Shown piece by piece: positions 1 through 7,177 of a stretch of DNA of 59,926 nt. Each line of letters begins with the position of its first letter. Within the stretch, counting starts at the first letter, position 1. Below the pieces are notes generated by a model. That model saw nothing but the letters and a program-made list of their open reading frames with translations, was not told the origin of the DNA and ran no database searches. Location: the IMG/VR virus record IMGVR_UViG_3300045988_082950, positions 1 to 59,926 of that record. One strand, given 5' to 3'. This stretch comes from a virus. The position numbers were made by a program, and so were the translations under genes.

Positions 1-55
1 TCGGATATTCTTCTAGTAAATACAATACTGCATTTGTATTTACTAAAGTTCCATT
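1..55. repeat. terminal direct repeat, left copy (identical to 59872-59926); contig closes into a circle
   Basis: Bases 1-55 (tcggatattcttctagtaaatacaatactgcatttgtatttactaaagttccatt) are repeated exactly as the last 55 bases. An ORF reads through the join in frame. Confidence 0.95.
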
Positions 56-112
56 ACTTAAAGTAACCGATTTTAAATCTTTCTTTAGTGCATCTGCATC
101 AATCAGTTTCAT
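1..112 (-). CDS. hypothetical protein, 5' part of an ORF spanning the circular junction (continues 59871 down to 59732)
   Basis: ATG at 110-112 (minus) reads MKLIDADALKKDLKSVTLSNGTLVNTNAVLYLLEEYP. After the join it continues TTYDVDKVVEQLEELKRRCDIEEFG...GGGMNDGE with stop at 59732-59734, 83 codons in total. Confidence 0.55.
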   Translation of the reverse strand, partial: MKLIDADALKKDLKSVTLSNGTLVNTNAVLYLLEEYP

Positions 113-128
113 TGTTTTCCTCGCTTCC

Positions 129-941
129 TTATCTCCAATTAGTTCCAATAGTTCCATCTGGATGAATAATAATATTTGAATACCCATCTTTGTAATCATT
201 GTTTCTCTGCTGCCACATATCTCCTAATGTCAATCTTGCGTGTTTGCCATTATAGTTGAATGTGACGTACACAAAAAAGTCACCAATTCTAAAAGTTGAT
301 ATATCAATCTCTTTGTCGTTCTGTAAATCATTCCATATTTTTACAGGATAATCTTTCTTTTCGAGTCCACTTAAAAATCTAAATGAAAAATTATCAGCTT
401 CCTTTTTCATAAAACCCTTAATGTAATCTATATTCGGATTTTTGATAATAGTCTGTACTGTACAATTTGGAAAATCTTTAGGATTTTTATGTACATATTC
501 GTTATATGAAAGATTTATATGCGCTAATCCGTTAATATCCTTGGAATATCCAGAAGTATTGATTGAACAAAACACATTATTGCTGTGCTTTTTGTATGTA
601 TCAATAAGTTCTGAAACGTGGTTAGGATATAGCCCCGGCTCACCGCCTGTAATTGTAAGTCTCGCATTGGGATGTTCTGACAGTATCTTTTTTAATGACT
701 CAATCTGTGCCTTAAAATCATTGTCACCCTGCATAGGGTTCTTTCTCTCTAAGCAGAACGGACAGTTATAAGGACATTCCTGAGTTAATATCAACTGTAC
801 ATTTATTCGATAATATAAAGGTCTGCCAAGAGATGTTTTATCTGTTCTATTTTCAAGCCTGTACTGTAAATCTTTTTGCATTTCAGCTCTTATATCATCA
901 TAAGTGTTAAAATGTGGTATTTTGTGCAACTTATTGCTCAT
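129..941 (-). CDS. radical SAM domain protein (orphan, function unknown)
   Basis: CPYNCPFC (CxxxCxxC Fe-S/SAM cluster motif) is followed by the TITGGEP glycine-rich SAM motif. The track ORF is 129-971. Start taken at ATG 941, which overlaps the upstream stop. Confidence 0.8.
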   Translation of the reverse strand: MSNKLHKIPHFNTYDDIRAEMQKDLQYRLENRTDKTSLGRPLYYRINVQLILTQECPYNCPFCLERKNPMQGDNDFKAQIESLKKILSEHPNARLTITGGEPGLYPNHVSELIDTYKKHSNNVFCSINTSGYSKDINGLAHINLSYNEYVHKNPKDFPNCTVQTIIKNPNIDYIKGFMKKEADNFSFRFLSGLEKKDYPVKIWNDLQNDKEIDISTFRIGDFFVYVTFNYNGKHARLTLGDMWQQRNNDYKDGYSNIIIHPDGTIGTNWR

Positions 942-1227
942 TGTTCTCACTCGCTTTCTTATCATTAACAATCTTTATTTTTCTGCCACAAGCATTGCAG
1001 TAAATATCAATGCCTGTCGCACAACTAAGCCTTATTCTTCCACATCCTGTATTGTAAATAGGCATTCCATGTGGTGTATCAACAATCTTCCATTCACAGC
1101 ATTTATTTTCTTCTGTCTCTGCAATTTCAATGGCAAAATCAAGTATTTGTTCGTATTCCGCATAGTCATTTTCTTTGTATGCTTTCTGTAAATCTCTTAA
1201 TTTGTCTGCGATTACACCCATTAACAT
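931..1227 (-). CDS. hypothetical Cys-rich protein
   Basis: Track ORF 931-1233. ATG at 1227 overlaps the upstream TGA (TGATG). Cys pairs (CC..C.., CNAC) suggest a zinc ribbon. Confidence 0.6.
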   Translation of the reverse strand: MLMGVIADKLRDLQKAYKENDYAEYEQILDFAIEIAETEENKCCEWKIVDTPHGMPIYNTGCGRIRLSCATGIDIYCNACGRKIKIVNDKKASENNEQ

Positions 1228-1397
1228 CACCAACTTTCAATAAATCCATAAACACTAAGATTTGTTCGTCTCATGCTTTCCTCTCTTTCTGACCGCCCAT
1301 GCTGTACATTCGGTTGGCTCACAACCTCTGCATTTTCCGACCTTATACACGTAATCACATTTGTAGCTGTGCCAACAGGTAAATCATTCACATTCAT
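1227..1397 (-). CDS. hypothetical small protein (56 aa)
   Basis: Fills the gap in the co-directional chain. ATGA overlap with the upstream stop at 1394-1397. Reads MNVNDLPVGTATNVITCIRSENAEVV... Confidence 0.35.
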   Translation of the reverse strand: MNVNDLPVGTATNVITCIRSENAEVVSQPNVQHGRSEREESMRRTNLSVYGFIESW

Positions 1398-1885
1398 GTT
1401 ATTCCCAAGCCTTTCTCTATCTTGTCATAATCGTAATTGTTCTGTTCTTTACAATTAAAGCTGTTCCTATTATAAGAAGTCTTTTTCTCTTTCTTCTTGG
1501 AATCCTGTATGCACCTTGTAACCATTTTAGATTCATCGAACGTGTATGCCTTATTCTTTTTCAATCCCAACATGGATTTTTCCTCAACGTAATCAGTCGG
1601 CACGTATCGGTCAGATTGTATGTAATTATGCATCTTCCAGTGTTTTATCACGATTATTCCGCTGTCGAATGTCAACACAAATGACTTGGCAATCAACAGT
1701 CTAAAATCATCGTCAGAAGCACCGCACATCCGTTGAATCTTCTTCGGGTTGTTCACAAATCCGTCATCGTCCGCATTCATGCAAAAGTGAAAGTATAACA
1801 TCTGCGTACTGCTTGGCATTTCCAGAAACGCATCACTTTCTGTTATCTTCTTTGTGAACATTCTTCGTTCTGCCGTACTAATCAC
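1394..1885 (-). CDS. phage replisome organiser (DnaD-like N-terminal domain)
   Basis: The N-terminal ~95 aa (FTKKITESDAFLEMPSSTQMLYFHFCMNADDDGFV...IVIKHWKMHNYIQ) fit the phage replisome-organiser N-terminal domain pattern. Start is GTG 1885 or ATG 1861. Confidence 0.75.
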   Translation of the reverse strand: MISTAERRMFTKKITESDAFLEMPSSTQMLYFHFCMNADDDGFVNNPKKIQRMCGASDDDFRLLIAKSFVLTFDSGIIVIKHWKMHNYIQSDRYVPTDYVEEKSMLGLKKNKAYTFDESKMVTRCIQDSKKKEKKTSYNRNSFNCKEQNNYDYDKIEKGLGIT

Positions 1886-1936
1886 TTCCTTACTTCAAGT
1901 TCTTTGTCTTAATTATTGCAAAAGTTCGGCATTGCT

Positions 1937-2221
1937 CTAATACCTTGATATTTCTATCTTGCTATTCAATATGGTATTAAGTTCATTGCTAAGTAAATCA
2001 AACTCACGCTTCACTAATGATTGCGCTTCATTTATCGCAGCTATTACAGATGTACTGTTTAATTTTCTATCCACAATACCTAGTGTTTGACAATTCATGT
2101 ATAATGTTTCCCCGCAACCGCATAGTGTGTGAACACATATATATAATCTTTTGTTGTCACCTCTGTAGATAGTTCCTGTTTCAACTGGCTCTCCATATTT
2201 TGCATTGCTTATGTATTTCAT
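1937..2221 (-). CDS. hypothetical protein
   Basis: Track ORF 1937-2278. Start set at ATG 2221, preceded by AGGAGAAAAT. Confidence 0.6.
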   Translation of the reverse strand: MKYISNAKYGEPVETGTIYRGDNKRLYICVHTLCGCGETLYMNCQTLGIVDRKLNSTSVIAAINEAQSLVKREFDLLSNELNTILNSKIEISRY

Positions 2222-2229
2222 ATTTTCTC

Positions 2230-2613
2230 CTATTCTGCTTCTGATTGAAGCCATTTCTCTATTTCTGTTACCGAACACATTGCAATTCCGTTCCTAATAG
2301 TCTTAACGCTACCCTCTTCATAAGTTTCTATTGAACATATAAAATCAAGCAACTCTTCATCCGACATGTTCCTTATCCTGTCGGCATTTGTCTGCTTGCT
2401 ATCACATCTGCGACAAGGCTCATTATCTCTTAAATCGCTGTTGTGCTGGCAGTTACAAGTGTGGTTATCATCAATCCCACCTCTTAATTCAGCTAACTTG
2501 TTGTAAAAATGTCTGACATATTCATCCGTAAATTCGCCATACTGTTTTGCAGCTCTAACGAATGTATAAGTAGCGTTTATTTCTGCCAATTCTTTTACCT
2601 GCTCTTTATTCAT
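2230..2613 (-). CDS. hypothetical protein
   Basis: Track ORF 2230-2622. GAGGTG lies 6 nt before ATG 2613, with an ATGAATAA overlap onto the HNH gene stop. Confidence 0.6.
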   Translation of the reverse strand: MNKEQVKELAEINATYTFVRAAKQYGEFTDEYVRHFYNKLAELRGGIDDNHTCNCQHNSDLRDNEPCRRCDSKQTNADRIRNMSDEELLDFICSIETYEEGSVKTIRNGIAMCSVTEIEKWLQSEAE

Positions 2614-2968
2614 CTTCTCCACCTCTCAATTCTTCGAAATAGAATTTTACATCGTCAGACACATGCTTAACGATTCCAAACCGCTCCGCCACTTGATAAG
2701 GTATGCTGTCACGCATAAGCCTTTTATGTATTTCTGAAAGATACTTTCGAAATCCCTCGACATCTAAAGTGGCTTTGTAGTGATTGCAACTCCTACAAGC
2801 TGGCACGTAATTTGAAATGTCGTCTGCTCCACCTATCCTAAGCGGTGTTGCATGGTCTACCTGCATATCTTTGTAATCTATTTCTGTGCCACAATAAGCA
2901 CAATGTCCGTTATACATGAGATGTACAGATTGTCTCACTTTTTTAGGTATTGCTTTTCGTTTATTCAT
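2606..2968 (-). CDS. HNH endonuclease
   Basis: CAYCG...VDHATPLRIGGADDISNYVPACRSCNHYK is the classical HNH/Zn motif set. Confidence 0.85.
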   Translation of the reverse strand: MNKRKAIPKKVRQSVHLMYNGHCAYCGTEIDYKDMQVDHATPLRIGGADDISNYVPACRSCNHYKATLDVEGFRKYLSEIHKRLMRDSIPYQVAERFGIVKHVSDDVKFYFEELRGGEDE

Positions 2969-3377
2969 TTTTACCTCTCAATTCTTTCAGTTTTGCTTCA
3001 GCTTCGGATTTTGTGAAAAATACTGTTTTGCCAAGCATAGATTGTTTTAATTGCGAATTGATTCCAAATTCATCAACTTTTACATCAAAAACAATTTCTT
3101 TTTCAGTAATCAGTATTCTTAATACAACCGATTCATAAATAATTGGTTTATTATTATTAAATCCAATTGCATATACTGTATCTCCTACATTACAAGGCAA
3201 CTTGATAAGTCTGCCCTGTTCCTCTAAATTCTCATAATCAGCAAGTTTTTTAACCATATCTTCAACAATTCCGCAATTGCAACCGCTGGTAATGCATCCA
3301 ATGCAATACGTGCTATATGGAATTTTTACTCCTGCGCAAGAATTTTCTCCATATTTTCTGTTTGTTAATCTCTCCAT
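2961..3377 (-). CDS. hypothetical protein
   Basis: Track ORF 2961-3413. AAAGGAG precedes ATG 3377 (MERLTNRKYG...). Confidence 0.6.
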   Translation of the reverse strand: MERLTNRKYGENSCAGVKIPYSTYCIGCITSGCNCGIVEDMVKKLADYENLEEQGRLIKLPCNVGDTVYAIGFNNNKPIIYESVVLRILITEKEIVFDVKVDEFGINSQLKQSMLGKTVFFTKSEAEAKLKELRGKNE

Positions 3378-3396
3378 TACTGCTCCTTTCTGCCAT

Positions 3397-3987
3397 TTAA
3401 TCGTTCTCCTCATATGTATTTTCAGAAATCAAAGTCATAAACTTCTCATACTGCTTTTCAGAAACTTTGTTACCCTGTTTCTCCGGCTTTAAACGAATTT
3501 CAAGGTGCTTTTCTGCAATACTGGATAATTCCCTTGCAAGATTGATTTTCCCTTGTCTAATGCCGTCACGATAACCCTTAGTGGGTCTGTATTCATTAAT
3601 CTTGGCTTTTCCCTCTCCCTGGCTACCAGAAGTTTTGTTTCTAAGCTGATAACCATTGTCGGCGTACATTTTAATGTAATACTGCTCTTTCTCGTCCAAC
3701 TGGCTAACTGGAAAATGCATAAAACCAATCTTCCAACCGTAAGGATTTTCAATCGAATATAGATTATGTTTCTTCAAACTAAGGTCTATATGCTGATATC
3801 CTACAAGGTGTTGTGCAAGACGTTGCAAAATATGTACTGCCTGTCCGATATAAGCATATCGAAAGCCGTTTTCATCAGTTCTTGTCAAGAAATAGATACC
3901 GCTTTCATCCGTAAGGCTAGGGTTTACTTCCAGTAACCGTTTACGGTTCTTTGATTCTATTGCATATCTCTGTCTTGGATTCTGCAA
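3397..3987 (-). CDS. GIY-YIG domain nuclease (homing-endonuclease-like)
   Basis: GIYFLTRTDENGFRYAYIGQA...R...E...N matches the GIY-YIG layout. TTG start follows AAGGGAG. Confidence 0.75.
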   Translation of the reverse strand: MQNPRQRYAIESKNRKRLLEVNPSLTDESGIYFLTRTDENGFRYAYIGQAVHILQRLAQHLVGYQHIDLSLKKHNLYSIENPYGWKIGFMHFPVSQLDEKEQYYIKMYADNGYQLRNKTSGSQGEGKAKINEYRPTKGYRDGIRQGKINLARELSSIAEKHLEIRLKPEKQGNKVSEKQYEKFMTLISENTYEEND

Positions 3988-4005
3988 GATAAATCACGCT
4001 CCCTT

Positions 4006-4413
4006 TTAGTTAAATGGTAATTCTTCGTCAATTCCGTCTGGTATATTCATAAACCCGTCCCCACTTGGAACTGCACTTCCGTTTTCCTGTTCACTGCTGC
4101 TGCTCTTACTTTCTGCAAACTCGATTGACTCAACCATACAGTCGTTTGTATAAATGGTGTTACCATCCTTGTTCTTATAGCTTCCAGTCTGCCATCTGCC
4201 GTGAACCTCAAACTTTACGCCTTTTCTTCCGTACTTTTCCACAAATTCAGCCATTTTTCCAAATGCTGTACAGTTGATAAAATCTGCATTTGGCTGTCCG
4301 TCCTGTTTGAATCTTCGGTTTACTGCAAGGCAGAATTTTGCAAACGGCTTATCTGCCGCATACCTTACTTCTGGCTCTCTTGTCATTCTTCCTGATATAT
4401 CTACACTGTTCAA
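4006..4413 (-). CDS. ssb: single-stranded DNA-binding protein
   Basis: OB-fold pattern (ISGRMTREPEVRY...FINCTAFGKMAEFVEKYGRKGVKFEVHGRWQTGSY) plus an acidic tail ..GIDEELPFN. TTG start follows AGGAG. Confidence 0.9.
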   Translation of the reverse strand: MNSVDISGRMTREPEVRYAADKPFAKFCLAVNRRFKQDGQPNADFINCTAFGKMAEFVEKYGRKGVKFEVHGRWQTGSYKNKDGNTIYTNDCMVESIEFAESKSSSSEQENGSAVPSGDGFMNIPDGIDEELPFN

Positions 4414-4724
4414 TGTATTTCTCCTTTCTCTACTGCTTCTAACTGTTCTCTTAACTGTTTCACCTGTTTTTCTACATCAGATATTTTTTTATTAATTGTT
4501 TCAGTGAAAATACATATAGCAAGAAAATCATCTTTTTCAAGCAATATAACAGTGTTCCCAATTCGTTTACCAATATTTTCTTTACTTATTTGTCTGTAAT
4601 AAAAATCTCTAGGGTATACATGCAACCAATAAGTCTTAGGCTTTTCGTCAGCTTCACACTCTTCAAACTGAATAAATGGTTTACCATTATATGGTTCTTT
4701 CAGTATATAAAAATACAATTTCAT
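4410..4724 (-). CDS. hypothetical protein, paralog of 6847-7176
   Basis: MKLYFYILKEPYNGKPF..ECEADEKPKTY aligns with MKLYFYELDTEGYNEKPK..ECEVEEKPKTY in the other copy. Both have a coiled-coil C-terminus. Confidence 0.65.
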   Translation of the reverse strand: MKLYFYILKEPYNGKPFIQFEECEADEKPKTYWLHVYPRDFYYRQISKENIGKRIGNTVILLEKDDFLAICIFTETINKKISDVEKQVKQLREQLEAVEKGEIH

Positions 4725-4745
4725 TGATTTAATCCTCACTTTCTC

Positions 4746-5438
4746 CTAAAACGGACATTCATCCGCATTTCTAAGTTCCCATTCCATACCGTCCTGTGCA
4801 ACGCTCACATTTGCGCTAGGAACGATTTTCTTAATCTCTGCAATAATTCTATCCTTATCGCAAGTTTCTTTCGCTGTGTGGCATAATATGACGTTCTGCA
4901 ATGCATCTGACTTATTTGTTTCTACAATCCCCTTGCAAGTTTCCAGTTCGCAATGCCCCAGAATCTTATGTTCGTAATTTGGGATATCCCTGTCCACCAT
5001 ATCCGCTATGTAGTTGCACTCAATCAGCATGTGATCTACCGCCTGTTTCCTAAAACTGTAATGGCAATACTCCATGTCGGTCATGTATAATAGCTTCTGT
5101 CCGTCTGCCTTGATGTAAAATCCGTAATTGGTAGTTCCGTTATGTGGCAACTTGAAACACTGGATTGTGAAACTACCGTATTTCTGCATCTTCGGATTTT
5201 CTTCTTCATATGGTTTCCATACTGGGATTCCCATTTTCTCTATTGCGTCTGCGCTTTTGCTGTGGTCTTTATGGGTGTGTGAAACCGCACACCCGACCAC
5301 ATTTCTGATATTCCAGTCCAGTCCTCTCTTGATATCCATAATCGGCACACCACAATCAAGAATAAGGGATTTACCGTTGGAATCTGCTAGTATGTAGCAG
5401 TTGCCTTGTGAACCACTGGAAATACATTTAAGTTTCGT
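4746..5438 (-). CDS. metallo-beta-lactamase-fold hydrolase/nuclease (apparent ACG or other non-canonical start)
   Basis: HTHKDH (HxHxDH) motif. The conserved N-terminal strand region KLKCISSGSQGNCYILADSNGKSLILDCG is in frame upstream of the first ATG (5348). It has no ATG/GTG/TTG, and GAGGTG lies 8 nt before ACG 5436-5438. Confidence 0.75.
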   Translation of the reverse strand, partial: TKLKCISSGSQGNCYILADSNGKSLILDCGVPIMDIKRGLDWNIRNVVGCAVSHTHKDHSKSADAIEKMGIPVWKPYEEENPKMQKYGSFTIQCFKLPHNGTTNYGFYIKADGQKLLYMTDMEYCHYSFRKQAVDHMLIECNYIADMVDRDIPNYEHKILGHCELETCKGIVETNKSDALQNVILCHTAKETCDKDRIIAEIKKIVPSANVSVAQDGMEWELRNADECPF

Positions 5439-5443
5439 TTTAA

Positions 5444-5812
5444 CTACACCTCGATTTCATCATCCTGTGGGAACTGAAAAACAGCATTGTTGATAAAATC
5501 TACTTTTGACGGCTGATTATCTACTCGCACCATAACACCGAATTTCTTTAATCTTTCAAATTCCTTTGCCATATTTTCTGAAACATCAACATTCTGCATT
5601 ACGATAGGCATACCGATATATGTCTCTCTAAGCATCTCCATAGCTTTCTTTGCTTTTTCTTCGTTGGAATATTCAGCAATTTGCATGTCATCAGTAAGTG
5701 GCTCAACACCTGTTAAGTTTTTGTTCAGAAAATAAATTCTTGACTTGAATCTCTGAATAACTACCATTTCATAAGGAACATCCAATGTTCCATCCTGTGA
5801 AATTAATCTCAT
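5444..5812 (-). CDS. hypothetical protein
   Basis: Track ORF. GGGGGA lies 7 nt upstream of the ATG. No motif recognised. Confidence 0.65.
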   Translation of the reverse strand: MRLISQDGTLDVPYEMVVIQRFKSRIYFLNKNLTGVEPLTDDMQIAEYSNEEKAKKAMEMLRETYIGMPIVMQNVDVSENMAKEFERLKKFGVMVRVDNQPSKVDFINNAVFQFPQDDEIEV

Positions 5813-5815
5813 ACC

Positions 5816-6844
5816 CTATTCCCCCATAAAGCTAGGTGTTTCTTCCCCCTCTGTTGAATCTGTGTCAATTGCTTCTGTTTCTTCTTGGAAGTCTACTGTG
5901 TTGGCGTTCTCTGCGATATCTTCCTGTGCCAACTGATAAACTTTGTCCATTTCAATCTGCGCCTGTCTTGCCATAGGGTCATAATTCTTAGGATATTTAC
6001 GTGTTGCATTGTTACACATCTTCCTCTGAATCATGCTTTCTGGCGTATCAAGCCATGCACCGCTGATATACGGTCTGGCTACTTCACACTGCAACATATC
6101 ATCCACTGTCGCACACGCTCTTAAAGCATCTAAGATTTCATTTTTCTTAGCCTTGATTTCCTCTTTCTGCTTCGGAGTTGCCTTGTATCTATCCTCACAG
6201 ATACCAAACGTGGCATTAATCATGTTTTGCTTGACGTGTGCTAAAAGGTTGACCTTAACACTGTCTCTGTCTGCCATAAGGTATGTTACTGTTCCGTCTG
6301 TCAGTTTTACAGGATATACAACTCTTACAGCCTTACTTGACAATCCTTTTTCTTCCCATTTCGGGGGCGTAACTTCCAGACCTTTATGCTTGGGTGGTAT
6401 ATATTCGTCTCCTTCTTTTATGACCCAGAACGGATAAACCTTGTCAACGTCTTTTCCATAGTTGGAAAGTAATGAGTCATAGCCTGTTCCCTCAATACCC
6501 ATTTCAACGACCTTTACCCACTCATTTCCCTGCTTAACGCTTCGTAACTGGAAGTAACACTCTCTCGGATATGCGCTCGCATTCAGTTTAAGGCTTGCAC
6601 ACTGCTCTACAATCTGTCTAAGGTTGCTTGTATCAATGCTCCTCATGTCTGCCTTATCATCATTCTTAACAAGTGTATAAATGCTTGTCATAGCTTCCAT
6701 TGCGCATTTTTTTGCGTAATCATCAAATTTTACCCCGCACGCTTCATAATCTCTTGCAATAAGTCCTGTGATTTCATTCGACCACTGGCTTAATGATGTT
6801 GTAAATGCTTTTTTTTCTGCTAATGCCTGCTTTGTATCTGCCAT
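5816..6844 (-). CDS. single-strand annealing protein (RecT-like recombinase)
   Basis: 342 aa with an acidic C-terminal tail (EETEAIDTDSTEGEE). Sits between the SMC-like ATPase and the MBL nuclease/SSB as in phage recombination modules. The family call is by context and general resemblance only. Confidence 0.55.
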   Translation of the reverse strand: MADTKQALAEKKAFTTSLSQWSNEITGLIARDYEACGVKFDDYAKKCAMEAMTSIYTLVKNDDKADMRSIDTSNLRQIVEQCASLKLNASAYPRECYFQLRSVKQGNEWVKVVEMGIEGTGYDSLLSNYGKDVDKVYPFWVIKEGDEYIPPKHKGLEVTPPKWEEKGLSSKAVRVVYPVKLTDGTVTYLMADRDSVKVNLLAHVKQNMINATFGICEDRYKATPKQKEEIKAKKNEILDALRACATVDDMLQCEVARPYISGAWLDTPESMIQRKMCNNATRKYPKNYDPMARQAQIEMDKVYQLAQEDIAENANTVDFQEETEAIDTDSTEGEETPSFMGE

Positions 6845-6846
6845 AA

Positions 6847-7176
6847 TTATTCCTCACTTTCCTCAATGGCTTTTAATTCATTTTCCAGTTTATCTAATTT
6901 CCTTTTTGTATTTTCAATTCTATCCTTTTCTCTGTTCTTAAACATTTCTTTTGCATGCTCAAAACTAGGTTCTTTAAAAGCTACAACATTTGAGTTATAA
7001 CTGATAAAATGTCCTATATCATCTTTTTTTAATCTGCTTATGTAACCTGGAAATTTACTGCCATTAATGGGTACATAAGTTTTTGGCTTTTCTTCTACTT
7101 CACATTCTGTACACAATATTCCTTTAGGCTTTTCATTGTAGCCCTCAGTGTCTAATTCATAAAAATAAAGTTTCAT
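6847..7176 (-). CDS. hypothetical protein, paralog of 4410-4724
   Basis: See 4410-4724. GGAGGG lies 5 nt upstream of ATG 7176. Confidence 0.65.
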   Translation of the reverse strand: MKLYFYELDTEGYNEKPKGILCTECEVEEKPKTYVPINGSKFPGYISRLKKDDIGHFISYNSNVVAFKEPSFEHAKEMFKNREKDRIENTKRKLDKLENELKAIEESEE

Positions 7177-7177
7177 A

